A stretch of 64,000 nucleotides of DNA from Macrostomum lignano (taxonomy: Eukaryota). Every line of letters starts with the position of its first letter. Within the stretch, counting starts at the first letter, position 1. Made by a program: the position numbers and the translations under genes. The DNA lies in NCBI GenBank assembly GCA_002269645.1, contig NIVC01000197.1:620001-684000 (forward strand), in the 5' to 3' direction. The notes beneath the pieces are model-generated. The model was not told the origin of the DNA. It did no database searches and worked only from the letters and a program-made list of their open reading frames with translations. Of this stretch, positions 1 to 15,476 are shown piece after piece.

Positions 1-389
1 GCTGAGGGCAGCTTGAAAGATTCCAGCAGAATTGCCTGCTACTTCCATGCGAGTCCCATGGCGCTGAGCTGTTCAGGTCCGAGAGACAGTGGAGAGCAGG
101 AGAGAGTCTCAGCTGTCAGCGAGTGCTTGAAAGTTTGGAAAGATTTGCAGAGAGTGTATATGCATTGGTCTTTACAATGGGCTGAGCCTTCTTTCAACTT
201 AATTTAAGCAGGAACTAGCTCAACTAACATCATCTGCTGAGGCAGGATTAACCAAAACATTATGAAGCTTTGTGAAAACTCTAGAATATTTTAGTAAAAG
301 CAAAAGAAGAAAAAGGATCTATCTAAAATAAATCGATTCGATTACAGTGTAAAAAATTGATCGATGCTTGATTAAAGTGTTATTCAGGT

Positions 390-951
390 CCAGTTCAAGT
401 TTGTCCGGTTCAGTTCTGTCCGGTTCAAGTTTGTCCGGTTCAAGTTTGTCCGGTTCAGTTCTGTCCGGTTCAAGTTTGTCCGGTTCAGTTTTGTCCGGTT
501 CAAGTTTGTCCGGTTCAGTTTTGTCCGGTTCAAGTTTGTCTGGTTCAGTTCTGTCCGGTTCAAGTTTGTCCGGTTTAGTTTTGTCCGGTTCAAGTTTGTC
601 CGGTTCAGTTCTGTCCGGTTCACGTTTGTCCGGTTCAGTTCTGTCCGGTTCAGTTTTGTCCGGTTCAAGTTTGTCTGGTTCAGTTCTGTCCGGTTCACGT
701 TTGTCTGGTTCAGTTTTGTTCGGTTCAGTTTTGTCCGGTTCAAGTTTATCCGGTTCAGTTCTTTCCGGTTCAAGTTTGTCCGGTTCAGTTCTGTCCGGTT
801 CAGTTTTGTCCGGTTCAAGTTTGTCTGGTTCAGTTCTGTCCGGTTCAAGTTTGTCCGGTTCAGTTTTTTTCGGTTCAGTTCTGTCCGGTTCAAGTTTGTC
901 CGGTTCAGTTCTGTCCGGTTCAGGTTTATCCGGTTCAGGTTTGTCCGGTTC
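390..951. repeat. 15-bp minisatellite (CCGGTTCAAGTTTGT / CCGGTTCAGTTCTGT variants), ~37 units
   Basis: Directly visible tandem array; explains the EPDKT/SGSVL/NRTEL pseudo-ORFs. Confidence 0.95.
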
Positions 952-1512
952 CGCTTTACGCAAAATGAAAGCTACATTTACATCCCATCCAGTGTGCACA
1001 TGATGTAATTATTTCATTATGTATTTTTGGGTGCTGATCCTCGAAGCATTGAGCTCAAATTAAATCGATATTTGGCCTCCAGGCAAAATGCAAAGTAATT
1101 TACATTTTCGACAATCGAATGTTTACATGTATATGCCCAATTATGTACTTTCTATTTAACGAGTAAACCCAGAGTTCATATTGACTTTAAAGCAGCAATC
1201 CAGGGCGGAGCCATTATTGAGCTGTAATTTAATATAATTTGCATGACGATCTACAGACTGCCGGGATTCAAGCATTCAGAAATTACAATCGCCTCCTCTT
1301 TATACACATGCAGTTTGTAGCGGATAAATTATGCAGGGTTCAAATCGAATATGATTGCCTACACGCTTGCGAAGGGAATGCTCAACTATAATTTGATATA
1401 TTCGGACTAAAAATCTGCTGTGTGCTGCTGCTGCTTCAGCATCTTTTGCTTTTTCAGCCATTTATTTCAGCCATAATTTTCATTAAAATCAGCCGAGGAG
1501 TCTTGTGAAAGC

Positions 1513-1735
1513 AAAGGAAGTCTCATGGAAGCATTGAAAGTCTCATAGAAGCGTTGGAAGTCTCTGGAAGTATATGAAGTCTCTGGAAGTATAGGAAGTC
1601 TCTGGAAGTATAGGAAGTCTCTGGAAGTATAGGAAGTCTCTGGAAGCACAGGAAGTCTCATGGAAGCAAAGGAAGTCTCATGGAAACGTTGGAAGTCTCG
1701 TGAAAGTATAGGAAGTCTCGTGCATGGAAGCTCGC
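1513..1735. repeat. Degenerate ~19-bp tandem repeat (GGAAGTCTCTGGAAGTATA)
   Basis: Repeated GGAAGTCTC motif at ~19-bp spacing. Confidence 0.85.
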
Positions 1736-2180
1736 AGAGAAGCATTTAAAAAATGAAAATCCTATTGAACTTTGGTACCCTGTGACTGTGTACCAGCTCT
1801 TGCGACAAATTGTCTTTCAGCCTTGCCCTGCCTCTTCCATCAATCACAGTTGGATCGTAACCTTTGGATAAATCAGTTCTTTATATAGATAGACTCGACT
1901 TGGATTTTAGATGACACAATATAATAGTACAGGCTACGGCTATATTGATACATGCAAATGCGATCTCAAGCTTATCATAAAACAATAGCTATACTTGATC
2001 TCACTCGATTTACGAATTAAGCCAGTGGCTGTATTGTTTTTAAAAGCAGCTACGCAGTTCAGTGGTGCTACCAGAAATTTTGTGGGGGCGCATATTACAG
2101 AGGGCGGAGTGCAGGGCATGCGCTCCGAACGAAAGACAAAACAACCAATAAATAGTAGCAAGGACACCTGACCCCATCAA

Positions 2181-2253
2181 GCCTCTGTAGCTCAGTGGCT
2201 AGAGCACTGGTCTCGTAAACCAGGGGTCGGGAGTTCGATCCTCCCCAGGGGCT
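2181..2253 (+). tRNA. tRNA-Thr(CGT)
   Basis: 73 nt; acceptor GCCTCTG/CAGGGGC, D-arm GCTC-AGTGGCTA-GAGC, anticodon arm CTGGT-CTCGTAA-ACCAG, T-arm GGGAG-TTCGATC-CTCCC; no encoded CCA. Confidence 0.95.
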
Positions 2254-2257
2254 TATA

Positions 2258-2261
2258 TTTT
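2258..2261 (+). terminator. Pol III T4 terminator of the tRNA gene
   Basis: TTTT run 4 nt after the tRNA 3' end. Confidence 0.6.
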
Positions 2262-3380
2262 GCTCCGTCTCTTCAAATTGAGTTCAACTGCTGTGTCTAA
2301 GTCGGAATCTGGGACAAAGGCAAACTAAACTCTAAAAAATGAGTTTCAATATTGATTGATCAGCAAGAACATTGTACTCTATTTTATATTCTATTGATAG
2401 ATAAAAAGTACGTGGACGTAATCTGTAAGGACAGTATAAGGTCTGAACGCCTTGTGAATATTGATACCAACTCTAAAATTTGTCGATAAAATAGAAAAAA
2501 ATAAAGCATGCTAAAATTTACTCAATTGAATAATAGCTCTCTGAGTCTGATTAAAAATTCGCCTAATATGTAAACGGTAGTTCGATATGTTTCGAAAAAA
2601 TCTTTTAAGTGTAGCGAGATTTAAAAACAGCCTTCCAAACAAACAAATAATGCATACATTAAAAATCTAAATCAAGTAAGTCTTACACACTGAGCAAACA
2701 AATTTGGGTAGTAAAATATTCACAAAATTCTCGATACTTTTAATTTAATTGTATAATACATGAAGAAAATGTTTCTTTGAATTGCATAAAACTTAAAACT
2801 TGAAAGTGAGAGACAATAAATTGGAAGTTTTATACAATTTGTTAGTTCATTTTTTCTCTGATTTATTGTAATTGCTAGATTAGTTTTCTATACAGTTTAT
2901 TGCTTTCTTTTTTCATTGATTTTTTTATTGATTTGGTTAATTAAGAAAACTGTGCTCAATAGGCTACTAATACCAATAGTAAAGATACACTGATTTTATT
3001 AATATTAGTGCTTATGAAGTTATGCTTATTAATATCAAATGGCAAGTTATATTATACTTACAGGCTAAATTACATTTATAGTTGTTTTTGTTTAGTAATA
3101 GCACTATGAAACAATAAGTTATTATAATTCCAGAAATCATAACTATTCAAATGTAACAAAATTTTTATAAAAACTGACAAAAATATAATTATATAAGTTA
3201 TAATTAATAGTAAAATAGTAATCTATTTAATAGGCCTACATAAAGCTTATGTTCTATATTGCAATTTATTTTTAAGAAAATAAAGTCAATTATTGCAATA
3301 TCTATTTAATTTTTTTATTTTTTATTTTCAATTTCAGCTATAAGCCAAGCTATTCACATAATTTACAAAGCCTAAACTAT

Positions 3381-6300
3381 ATGCGACGCACTGTTGGCCA
3401 ACCATTGGCCCCTGTTTCATCATTCAATCTTCATTCTACTCAATTATCTTATATTGTTTCTGGCAAAGACATGCGCCAACAACATAGCATTTCATTTATG
3501 ACTCAATCAACAAGGATATTTGCTGTTGTAGCAGCTTATTGGGTGGTATCAATATCACTGGTGTTTCTTAATAAGTATTTACTCAGCAGTGATGAGCTCA
3601 AACTAGATGCACCATATTTTGTTACTTGGTTCCAATGTCTTGTATCTTTGGTATTATGTTATCTCTTAGCTGGCCTTGCCCATCTGGTGCCAATGTGCTT
3701 CAGCTTTCCTTCTGTTGCTGTGAGTGTTTTTAATTGTTGGGGTTTTTTCTATGAGTCTCAATGCACTATCCATGAATAGTACACTAATAGTAGTCCATTG
3801 GTATACCATAATACAAGGTCTTAGAGACTAGGTCCACTGGTGTGCCATAGTGCAGGGTCCTAAAGACTGGGTCCACTGGTGTGCCATAGTGCAGGGTCCT
3901 AAAGACTAGGTCCACTGGTGTGCCATAGTGCAGGGTCCTAAAGACTAGGTCCACTGGTGTGCCATAGTGCAGGGTCCTAAAGACTAGGTCCACTGATGTG
4001 CCATAGTGCAGGGTCCTAAAGACTAGGTCCACTGGTGTGCCATAGTGCAGGGTCCTAAAGACTAGGTCCACTGGTGTGCCATAGTGCAGGGTCCTAAAGA
4101 CTAGGTCCACTGATGTGCCATAGTGCAGGGTCCTAAAGACTAGGTCCACTGGTGTGCCATAGTGCAGGGTCCTATAGACTGGGTTCATTGGTGTGCCATA
4201 GTGCAGGGTCCTATAGACTGGGTCCATTGGTGTGCCATAGTGCAGGGTCCTATAGACTGGGTCCATTGGTGTGCCATAGTGTAGGGTCCTATAGACTGGG
4301 TCCATTGGTGTGCCATAGTGCAGGGTCCTATAGACTGGGTCCATTGGTGTGCCATAGTGCAGGGTCCTATAGACTGGGTCCATTGGTGTGCCATAGTGCA
4401 GGGTCCTATAGACTGGGTCCATTGGTGTGCCATAGTGTAGGGTCCCTCCTATAGACTGGATCGATTGGTGTTTAACACTAGAAGGTCCCTGACTCCCTGA
4501 ATAAGGTTAGGTTCTTAATTCTATCAGTGATTTAATAAAGAGAAATCCTACTTTGAAAATATTCCGATTGAATTCCCATCCCATCCATCACAAGATCCGA
4601 CTGCAGGTGTGCCGCAAAGTGGCTCCCCTATCGTTCATCTTCGTTGCCATGGTGACATTCAATAATTTGTGTCTAAAAGATGTCGGCATCAGTTTCTATT
4701 ATGCCGGCAGGTCATTCACTACCGTGTTCAACGCATTGCTGTCTTATGTTATTCTGGGACAGACCACCTCGCTAAAGGCCATCATCTGTTGCGGCTTCAT
4801 AATAGTAGGCTTCCTTCTCGGCATGGACCAGGAGAAAGTGTCCGGTAGGCTTCTTTGATGCGCTGTTCTGCTCGTTGCTACTGTTAGTAGTTATCACAGA
4901 GCGGCCCGAGTATATGCATAATAAAGTTATTAGTATTTTACCAGGAGCTCAGAATTATGTCAAAGTATAAATTCGCGTCACAAAAGCAAACTCCCTAAAC
5001 AGATAGACTGACTGACAGACAAACGGACAGGAGGACAGCACCTAAGATTAGGAAGAATCGCCCGTGAACAGCAGACGGCGGCTAAGATTAGGAAGAATCG
5101 CTCCTGAATAGCAGCTAATATAAGATTGGGAAGAATCGCCCCTGAACAGCAGCTAAGATTAAGAAGAATCGCCCCCGAACAGCAGCTAAGATTGGGAAGA
5201 ATCGCCCCCGAACAGCAGCTAAGATTGGGAAGAATCGCCCCTGAATAGCAGCTAAGATTATTAAGAATCGCCCCTGAACAGCAGCTAAGATTAGGAAGAA
5301 TCGCCCCTGAATAGCAGCTAAGATTATTAAGAATCGCCCCTGAACAGCAGCTAAGATTAGGAAGAATCGCCCCTGAATAGCAGCTAAGATTATTAAGAAT
5401 CGCCCCTGAACAGCAGCTAAGATTGGGAAGAATCGCCCCTGAACAGCAGCTAAGATTAGGAAGAATCGCCCCTGAATAGCAGCTAAGATTATTAAGAATC
5501 GCCCCTGAACAGCAGCTAAGATTAGGAAGAATCGCCCCCGAACAGCAGCTAAGATTAAGAAGAATCGCCCCTGAACAGCAGCTATGATTAGGAAGAATCG
5601 CTCCTGAATAGCAGCTAATATAAGATTGGGAAGAATCGCCCCTGAACAGCAGCTAAGATTAAGAAGAATCGCCCCTGAACAGCAGCTAAGATTGGGAAGA
5701 ATCGCCCCTGAACAGCAGCTAAGATTAGGAAGAATCGCCCCTGAACAGCAGCTAAGATTGGGAAGAATCGCCCCTGAACAGCAGCTAAGATTGGGAAGAA
5801 TCGCCCCTGAACAGCAGCTATGATTAGGAAGAATCGCTCCTGAATAGCAGCTAATATAAGATTGGGAAGAATCGCCCCTGAACAGCAGCTAAGATTAAGA
5901 AGAATCGCCCCTGAACAGCAGCTAATATTGGGAAGAATCGCCCCTGAACAGCAGCTAAGATTATTAAGAATCGCCCCTGAACAGCAGCTAAGATTAGGAA
6001 GAATCGCCCCTGAACAGCAGCTAAGATTAGGAAGAATCGCCCCTGAACAGCAGCTAAGATTGGGAAGAATCGCCCCTGAACAGCAGCTAAGATTGGGAAG
6101 AATCGCCCCTGAACAGCAGCTAAGATTAGGAAGAATCGCCCCTTGTCCCTCCGCAGGCTCCCTGTCCGTGTCCGGTGTTGTCTATGGCCTCTTAGCCTCC
6201 CTATTCGTAGCTCTGAACGCGATCTACACTAAGAAGGTGCTGCCAGCCGTTGACAACAACGTGTGGAAGCTGACGCTGTACAACAATCTGAACGCCGTGT

Positions 6301-6647
6301 TGATCTTCCTGCCCCTGCTGGTGCTCACTGGCGATGCCGGCGCTGTTGCCGGCTCCCAGCTGATCAGCTCGGCCGCATTCTGGCTGGTGATGCTGGCCTC
6401 CGGTGTGCTCGGCTTCGCCATCGGCTATGTGACGGGCCTGCAGATTCAGTTCACTAGTCCGCTGACTCATAATGTTAGCGGCACGGCCAAGTCCTGTGCC
6501 CAGACAGTATTGGGCTACTTGGCCTATAGGGAGGTGAAGACTGGTCTATGGTGGCTCAGCAATGTCATTGTGCTGACGGCTTCTTTTGCCTACGCCCTGG
6601 TTAAACGGCAGGAGATGCGGCTGCAGCACCAGCTGGAGATGGCGTGA
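3381..6647 (+). CDS. SLC35C1: GDP-fucose transporter 1 (nucleotide-sugar transporter), 3 exons, ~359 aa
   Basis: join(3381..3719,4595..4844,6157..6647); GT-AG introns in phases 0 and 1. Motifs [73 protein letters not shown] match the SLC35C1 family. Alternative ATGs at 3471 and 3498. Confidence 0.93.
3810..4460. repeat. 39-bp minisatellite in SLC35C1 intron 1 (~16 units)
   Basis: Unit ACTAGGTCCACTGGTGTGCCATAGTGCAGGGTCCTAAAG; variant switch near 4165. Confidence 0.95.
5040..6142. repeat. 33-bp minisatellite in SLC35C1 intron 2 (~33 units)
   Basis: Unit AAGATTAGGAAGAATCGCCCCTGAACAGCAGCT; ends ~14 nt before the exon 3 acceptor. Confidence 0.95.
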
Positions 6648-6712
6648 ATGGCTGCAAAGCTGGAAGAGGGCGCCGACTGTGAGTTGACAGTGGCTTGAAG
6701 CTGAGTTCCAAT

Positions 6713-7716
6713 CCCAGATCCCTCAGCTGAATCCCACACCCTCCCAGATCACTCAGCTGAATCATATTCCCTCCCAGATCCCTCAGCTGAATCATATTCC
6801 CTCCCAGATCACTCAGCTGAATCATATTCCCTCCCAGATCACTCAGCTGAATCATATTCCCTCCCAGATCACTCAGCTGAATCATATTCCCTCCCAGATC
6901 ACTCAGCTGAATCATATTCCCTCCCAGATCACTCAGCTGAATCATATTCCCTCCCAGATCACTCAACTGAATCATATTCCCTCCCAGATCACTCAGCTGA
7001 ATCATATTCCCTCCCAGATCACTCAGCTGAATCATATTCCCTCCCAGATCACTCAGCTGAATCATATTCCCTCCCAGATCACTCAGCTGAATCATATTCC
7101 CTCCCAGATCACTCAGCTGAATCATATTCCCTCCCAGATCACTCAGCTGAATCATATTCCCTCCCAGATCACTTAGCTGAATCATATTCCCTCCCAGATC
7201 ACTCAGCTGAATCATATTCCCTCCCAGATCACTCAGCTGAATCATATTCCCTCCCAGATCACTCAGCTGAATCATATTCCCTCCCAGATCACTCAGCTGA
7301 ATCATATTCCCTCCCAGATCACTCAGCTGAATCATATTCCCTCCCAGATCACTTAGCTGAATCATATTCCCTCCCAGATCACTCAGCTGAATCATATTCC
7401 CTCCCAGATCACTCAGCTGAATCATATTCCCTCCCAGATCACTCAGCTGAATCATATTCCCTCCCAGATCCCTCAGCTGAATCCCACACCCTCTCAGATC
7501 CCTCAGCTGAATCCCACTCCCTCCCAGATCCCTCAGCTGAATCCCACTCCCTCAGCTAAATCCCACACCCTCCCAGATCCCTCAGCTGAATCATATTCCC
7601 TCCCAGATCACTCAGCTGAATCATATTCCCTCCCAGATTCCTCAGCTGAATCCCATACCCTCTCAGATCCCTCAGCTGAATCCCACTCCCTCCCAGATCC
7701 CTCAGCTGAATCCCAC
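6713..7716. repeat. 30-bp minisatellite just downstream of the SLC35C1 stop
   Basis: Unit CCAGATCACTCAGCTGAATCATATTCCCTC; near-identical centre, degenerate ends. Confidence 0.95.
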
Positions 7717-9082
7717 ATGACATTATTGCACTCAGGGCGCTAAGGAGGGCTGCTCAAGCTAGAAATTTCACCTGCAATTTCAGCCGGGCCACTGTGGCAC
7801 TTGAAAAAGCCAAGCGCCTCCTGATGATCTTGTGGATTTTTAAACAGCTTGCCCTACATTGTGCCTCTTCGTGGTTTGGTTGGCCTCCATTCTTACTATA
7901 CGGCTGTTTCAATACAGATGGATGTCAGCGGGCATCAATAGAATTTATTGCTCCGATGCCCGTTGTATTGCTGATTGCGAAAATTTCACTCTTGACTACT
8001 TTTACTACTGACAGTAGAGTATTTAGTATTTACCACAGCTACTTATAATAACTAGATGTTACTCGAAATTAAAGTAGGACGCAGAAATTTAATGTGTGGC
8101 GGCGGCGTATGGAGTTATGAATATGTTTCGAATAGGATGTGCTTCGAGCATAAGCTGATTTTTCAAAAAACGGAAATATCTTGTGATAGTTTAAACTTTT
8201 TATTATTTTCCTATGATAAAAGCAAAAAACGCTAATTTTGCTACTAAAGAAGTAGGTAAGCGCATATTTGCGAGTGATATCTGGTTATTTAGTATCTGAA
8301 TTATTTATCGAAATCAAATTTGCATGTTTTATTATTCGCTATTCAAATAGGTCTCATTACAAAAAGTGCAAACCCAATGCATAATGTTAAACAGTAATAG
8401 ACAACTATGATTTAACATGAAATGCTGGTCAATATTCCTGCCAAAGTCGTACACAGCGCTGAGCTGTACAAATAAACGGAACCGTATCGGATTCATTCCT
8501 TGTATAGGCGCGCAACTGCCGCGCAATCTGATTAATAATGAAAGCAGTCAGTTGAGACAGCTGTGCAGTCTTCAGTTATTAATAATCAAATATATTCTTG
8601 CTAAACAGATTGCATAGCATTCATCATAGGGAAGCAGCGGATAATTGGCGCTTAACAAAATTGTGAACTTTGCTCGCCAATGGCATGCACTACTGAAAAA
8701 TCATGCTGTCAACAATGAGATAGCTACACGCCTTGTCTGTTAATAATGAAACAAAATGTTTGCACTCTTGGCGCAGGAAAGCATTATTGGTAGTCTGATC
8801 GCGTACGGAAAAATATTGGTTAATTATATATAATAGTGTGTGTCCATTGCTACACATCTGCACTGCTCTACAGGAACAAGGATATAAAATGGGAAGTAAA
8901 AACACAGCTTGAGATTCGCTAAACGCCTGCTTAAATGATTCATTATTGAAAGCAAAGTCGCCCTCATCTGTACAGAATGTGTTTGCTGGTGTCTGCTGCA
9001 ATTACATAAATTTACTAGATATTGAAGCTGATCGGTTGGCACTTTGTTCAGCGCGGTTTAGCCGGCTCCAGCTCCTGCCTAC

Positions 9083-13503
<4,421 letters not shown>

Positions 13504-14204
13504 GGCTGCCTAAGCCGACCTTCACTCGTATCCCTAACACAAGGCGACAAGTGTGTACAGCTGCTGTTGCAGTTAGTCTGTTATGAAGCTGAAATCGGAT
13601 TCATTTACGCATCACTTATCAAGTTTCTTTTTCCGATTGCTTTTGTTGAGAAGTTTCATTAATACAATGAGATTGCCTGTCAGCACTGGCTCAGATTCAG
13701 CGCTCGCCCAGTCACCCTTTTGTAACAAAAAACCCCTAGAAGAGAGAAGGAAAACGATGACAGTGCTTGCTAGTTCACCTTCCGCCCCACTCTCAGCTTT
13801 ACTACCCCCCCCCTGTGTAGGAGAATTAAACCAGTGAACGAGAGAAGTCGCGCGCAAGTGTGATGGCGGAGAGAAGGCCAGAGAGTCTGAACGCACTCAG
13901 CTGGCTGTACAAGTGGAGGAAGACTAGCAACATTATAAGGTAAATGTGCATTTGATGAGAAATTTAAAAACTGAGTTGGCTAAGACATGGCTATGCTTAC
14001 AGATATCAATCTACTTCAAGCATAATTCATTTAGCACTCTATGAACTCCTGCTGCGCTACTCATGAGTTGCCCCCAAAGTTACAGCGTCCATGCTTGCAC
14101 TTTGACTATTATAGATGCAATTAGATGTTAAACATTGCACTGCCTGTACAGTTCAACGGCCCAATTAAATGCTCAAACTTCACAAATAGCAATCCCACCT
14201 GTTC

Positions 14205-15300
14205 AAGGTCTATCTCTTCTCCTCCCTCTCCTCTCCTCCCTCTCCTCTTCTCCCTCTACTCTTCACCCTCTACTCTCCTCCCTCTCCTCTTCTCCCTCTC
14301 CTCTTCACCCTCTCCACTCCTCCCTCTCCTCTTCACCCTCTCCACTCCTCCCTCTCCTCTTCTCCCTCTACTCTTCACCCTCTACTCTCCTCCCTCTCCT
14401 CTTCACCCTCTCCTCTTCTCCCTCTACTCTTCACCCTCTACTCTCCTCCCTCTCCTCTTCTCCCTCTCCTCTTCTCCCTCTCCTCTCCTCCCTCTCCTCT
14501 TCTCCCTCTACTCTTCACCCTCTCCTCTCCTCCCTCTCATCTTCTCCCTCTACTCTTCACCCTCTACTCTCCTCCCTCTCCTCTTCACCCTCTCCACTCC
14601 TCCCTCTCCTCTTCACCCTCTCCACTCCTCCCTCTCCTCTTCTCCCTCTACTCTTCACCCTCTACTCTCCTCCCTCTCCTCTTCTCCCTCTCCTCTTCAC
14701 CCTCTCCTCTCCTCCCTCTACTCTTCACCCTCTACTCTCCTCCCTCTCCTCTTCTCCCTCTCCTCTTCTCCCTCTCCTCTTCTCCCTCTCCACTTCTCCC
14801 TCTCCTCTTCTCCCTCTCCTCTTCTCCCTCTCCTCTACTCCCTCTCCTCTTCTCCCTCTACTCTTCACCCTCTACTCTCCTCCCTCTCCTCTTCTCCCTC
14901 TCCTCTTCACCCTCTCCACTCCTCCCTCTCCTCTTCTCCCTCTCCTCTTCACCCTCTCCTCTTCACCCTCTCCTCTCCTCCCTCTCCTCTTCTCCCTCTC
15001 CTCTTCACCCTCTCCTCTCCTCCCTCTCTTCTTCTCCCTCTACTCTTCACCCTCTACTCTCCTCCCTCTCCTCTTCTCCCTCTCCTCTTCACCCTTTCCA
15101 CTCCTCTCTCTCCTCTTCACCCTCTCCACTCCTCCCTCTCCTCTTCTCCCTCTACTCTTCCCCCTCTTCTCTTCTCCCTCTCCTCTTTTTCCTCTCCTCT
15201 CCCTCTTCTCTCTTCTTCTCCCTCTCCTCTCCTCCCTCCCCTCTCCTCTTCTCCCTCTTCTATTCTCTTCCCTCTCCTCTATTTTCCTCTCACTTCTCTA
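14205..15300. repeat. ~1.1-kb CT-rich polypyrimidine repeat upstream of NDR
   Basis: Almost purely C/T with occasional A (CTCCTCCCTCTCCTCTTC...). Confidence 0.95.
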
Positions 15301-15371
15301 GAATATTGGTTCTAAGGCCTATTTACTAGCAACAGAAAAGCATTCGACCTTGCCCATGCAGCCATGCTTGG

Positions 15372-15476
15372 GCGCAACCTATGGATTCACCCGGCCGTTT
15401 CTATTGGCAACACACACATGTAAGTTGCTATTGGAACGGCTCAATAGAAACAGCCAGGTGATTCCCAAGGTTGCGC
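15372..15476. mobile_element. ~105-bp hairpin MITE-like element; related copy in opposite orientation at ~28680-28797
   Basis: Left arm GCGCAACCTATGGATTCACCCGGCCGTTTCTATTG is the near reverse complement of right arm CAATAGAAACAGCCAGGTGATTCCCAAGGTTGCGC; GTGTTGCCGATAGAAACGGCCGGGTGAATCC recurs near 28749. Confidence 0.6.

Noticed and set aside
13-207. 64-aa ORF at window start
   Set aside because: No recognisable motif, starts at TTG, no supporting splice partners.
3810-7716. Arrays of 30-39-bp repeats as CRISPR
   Set aside because: Units are head-to-tail with no unique spacers, there are no cas genes, and the context is eukaryotic.
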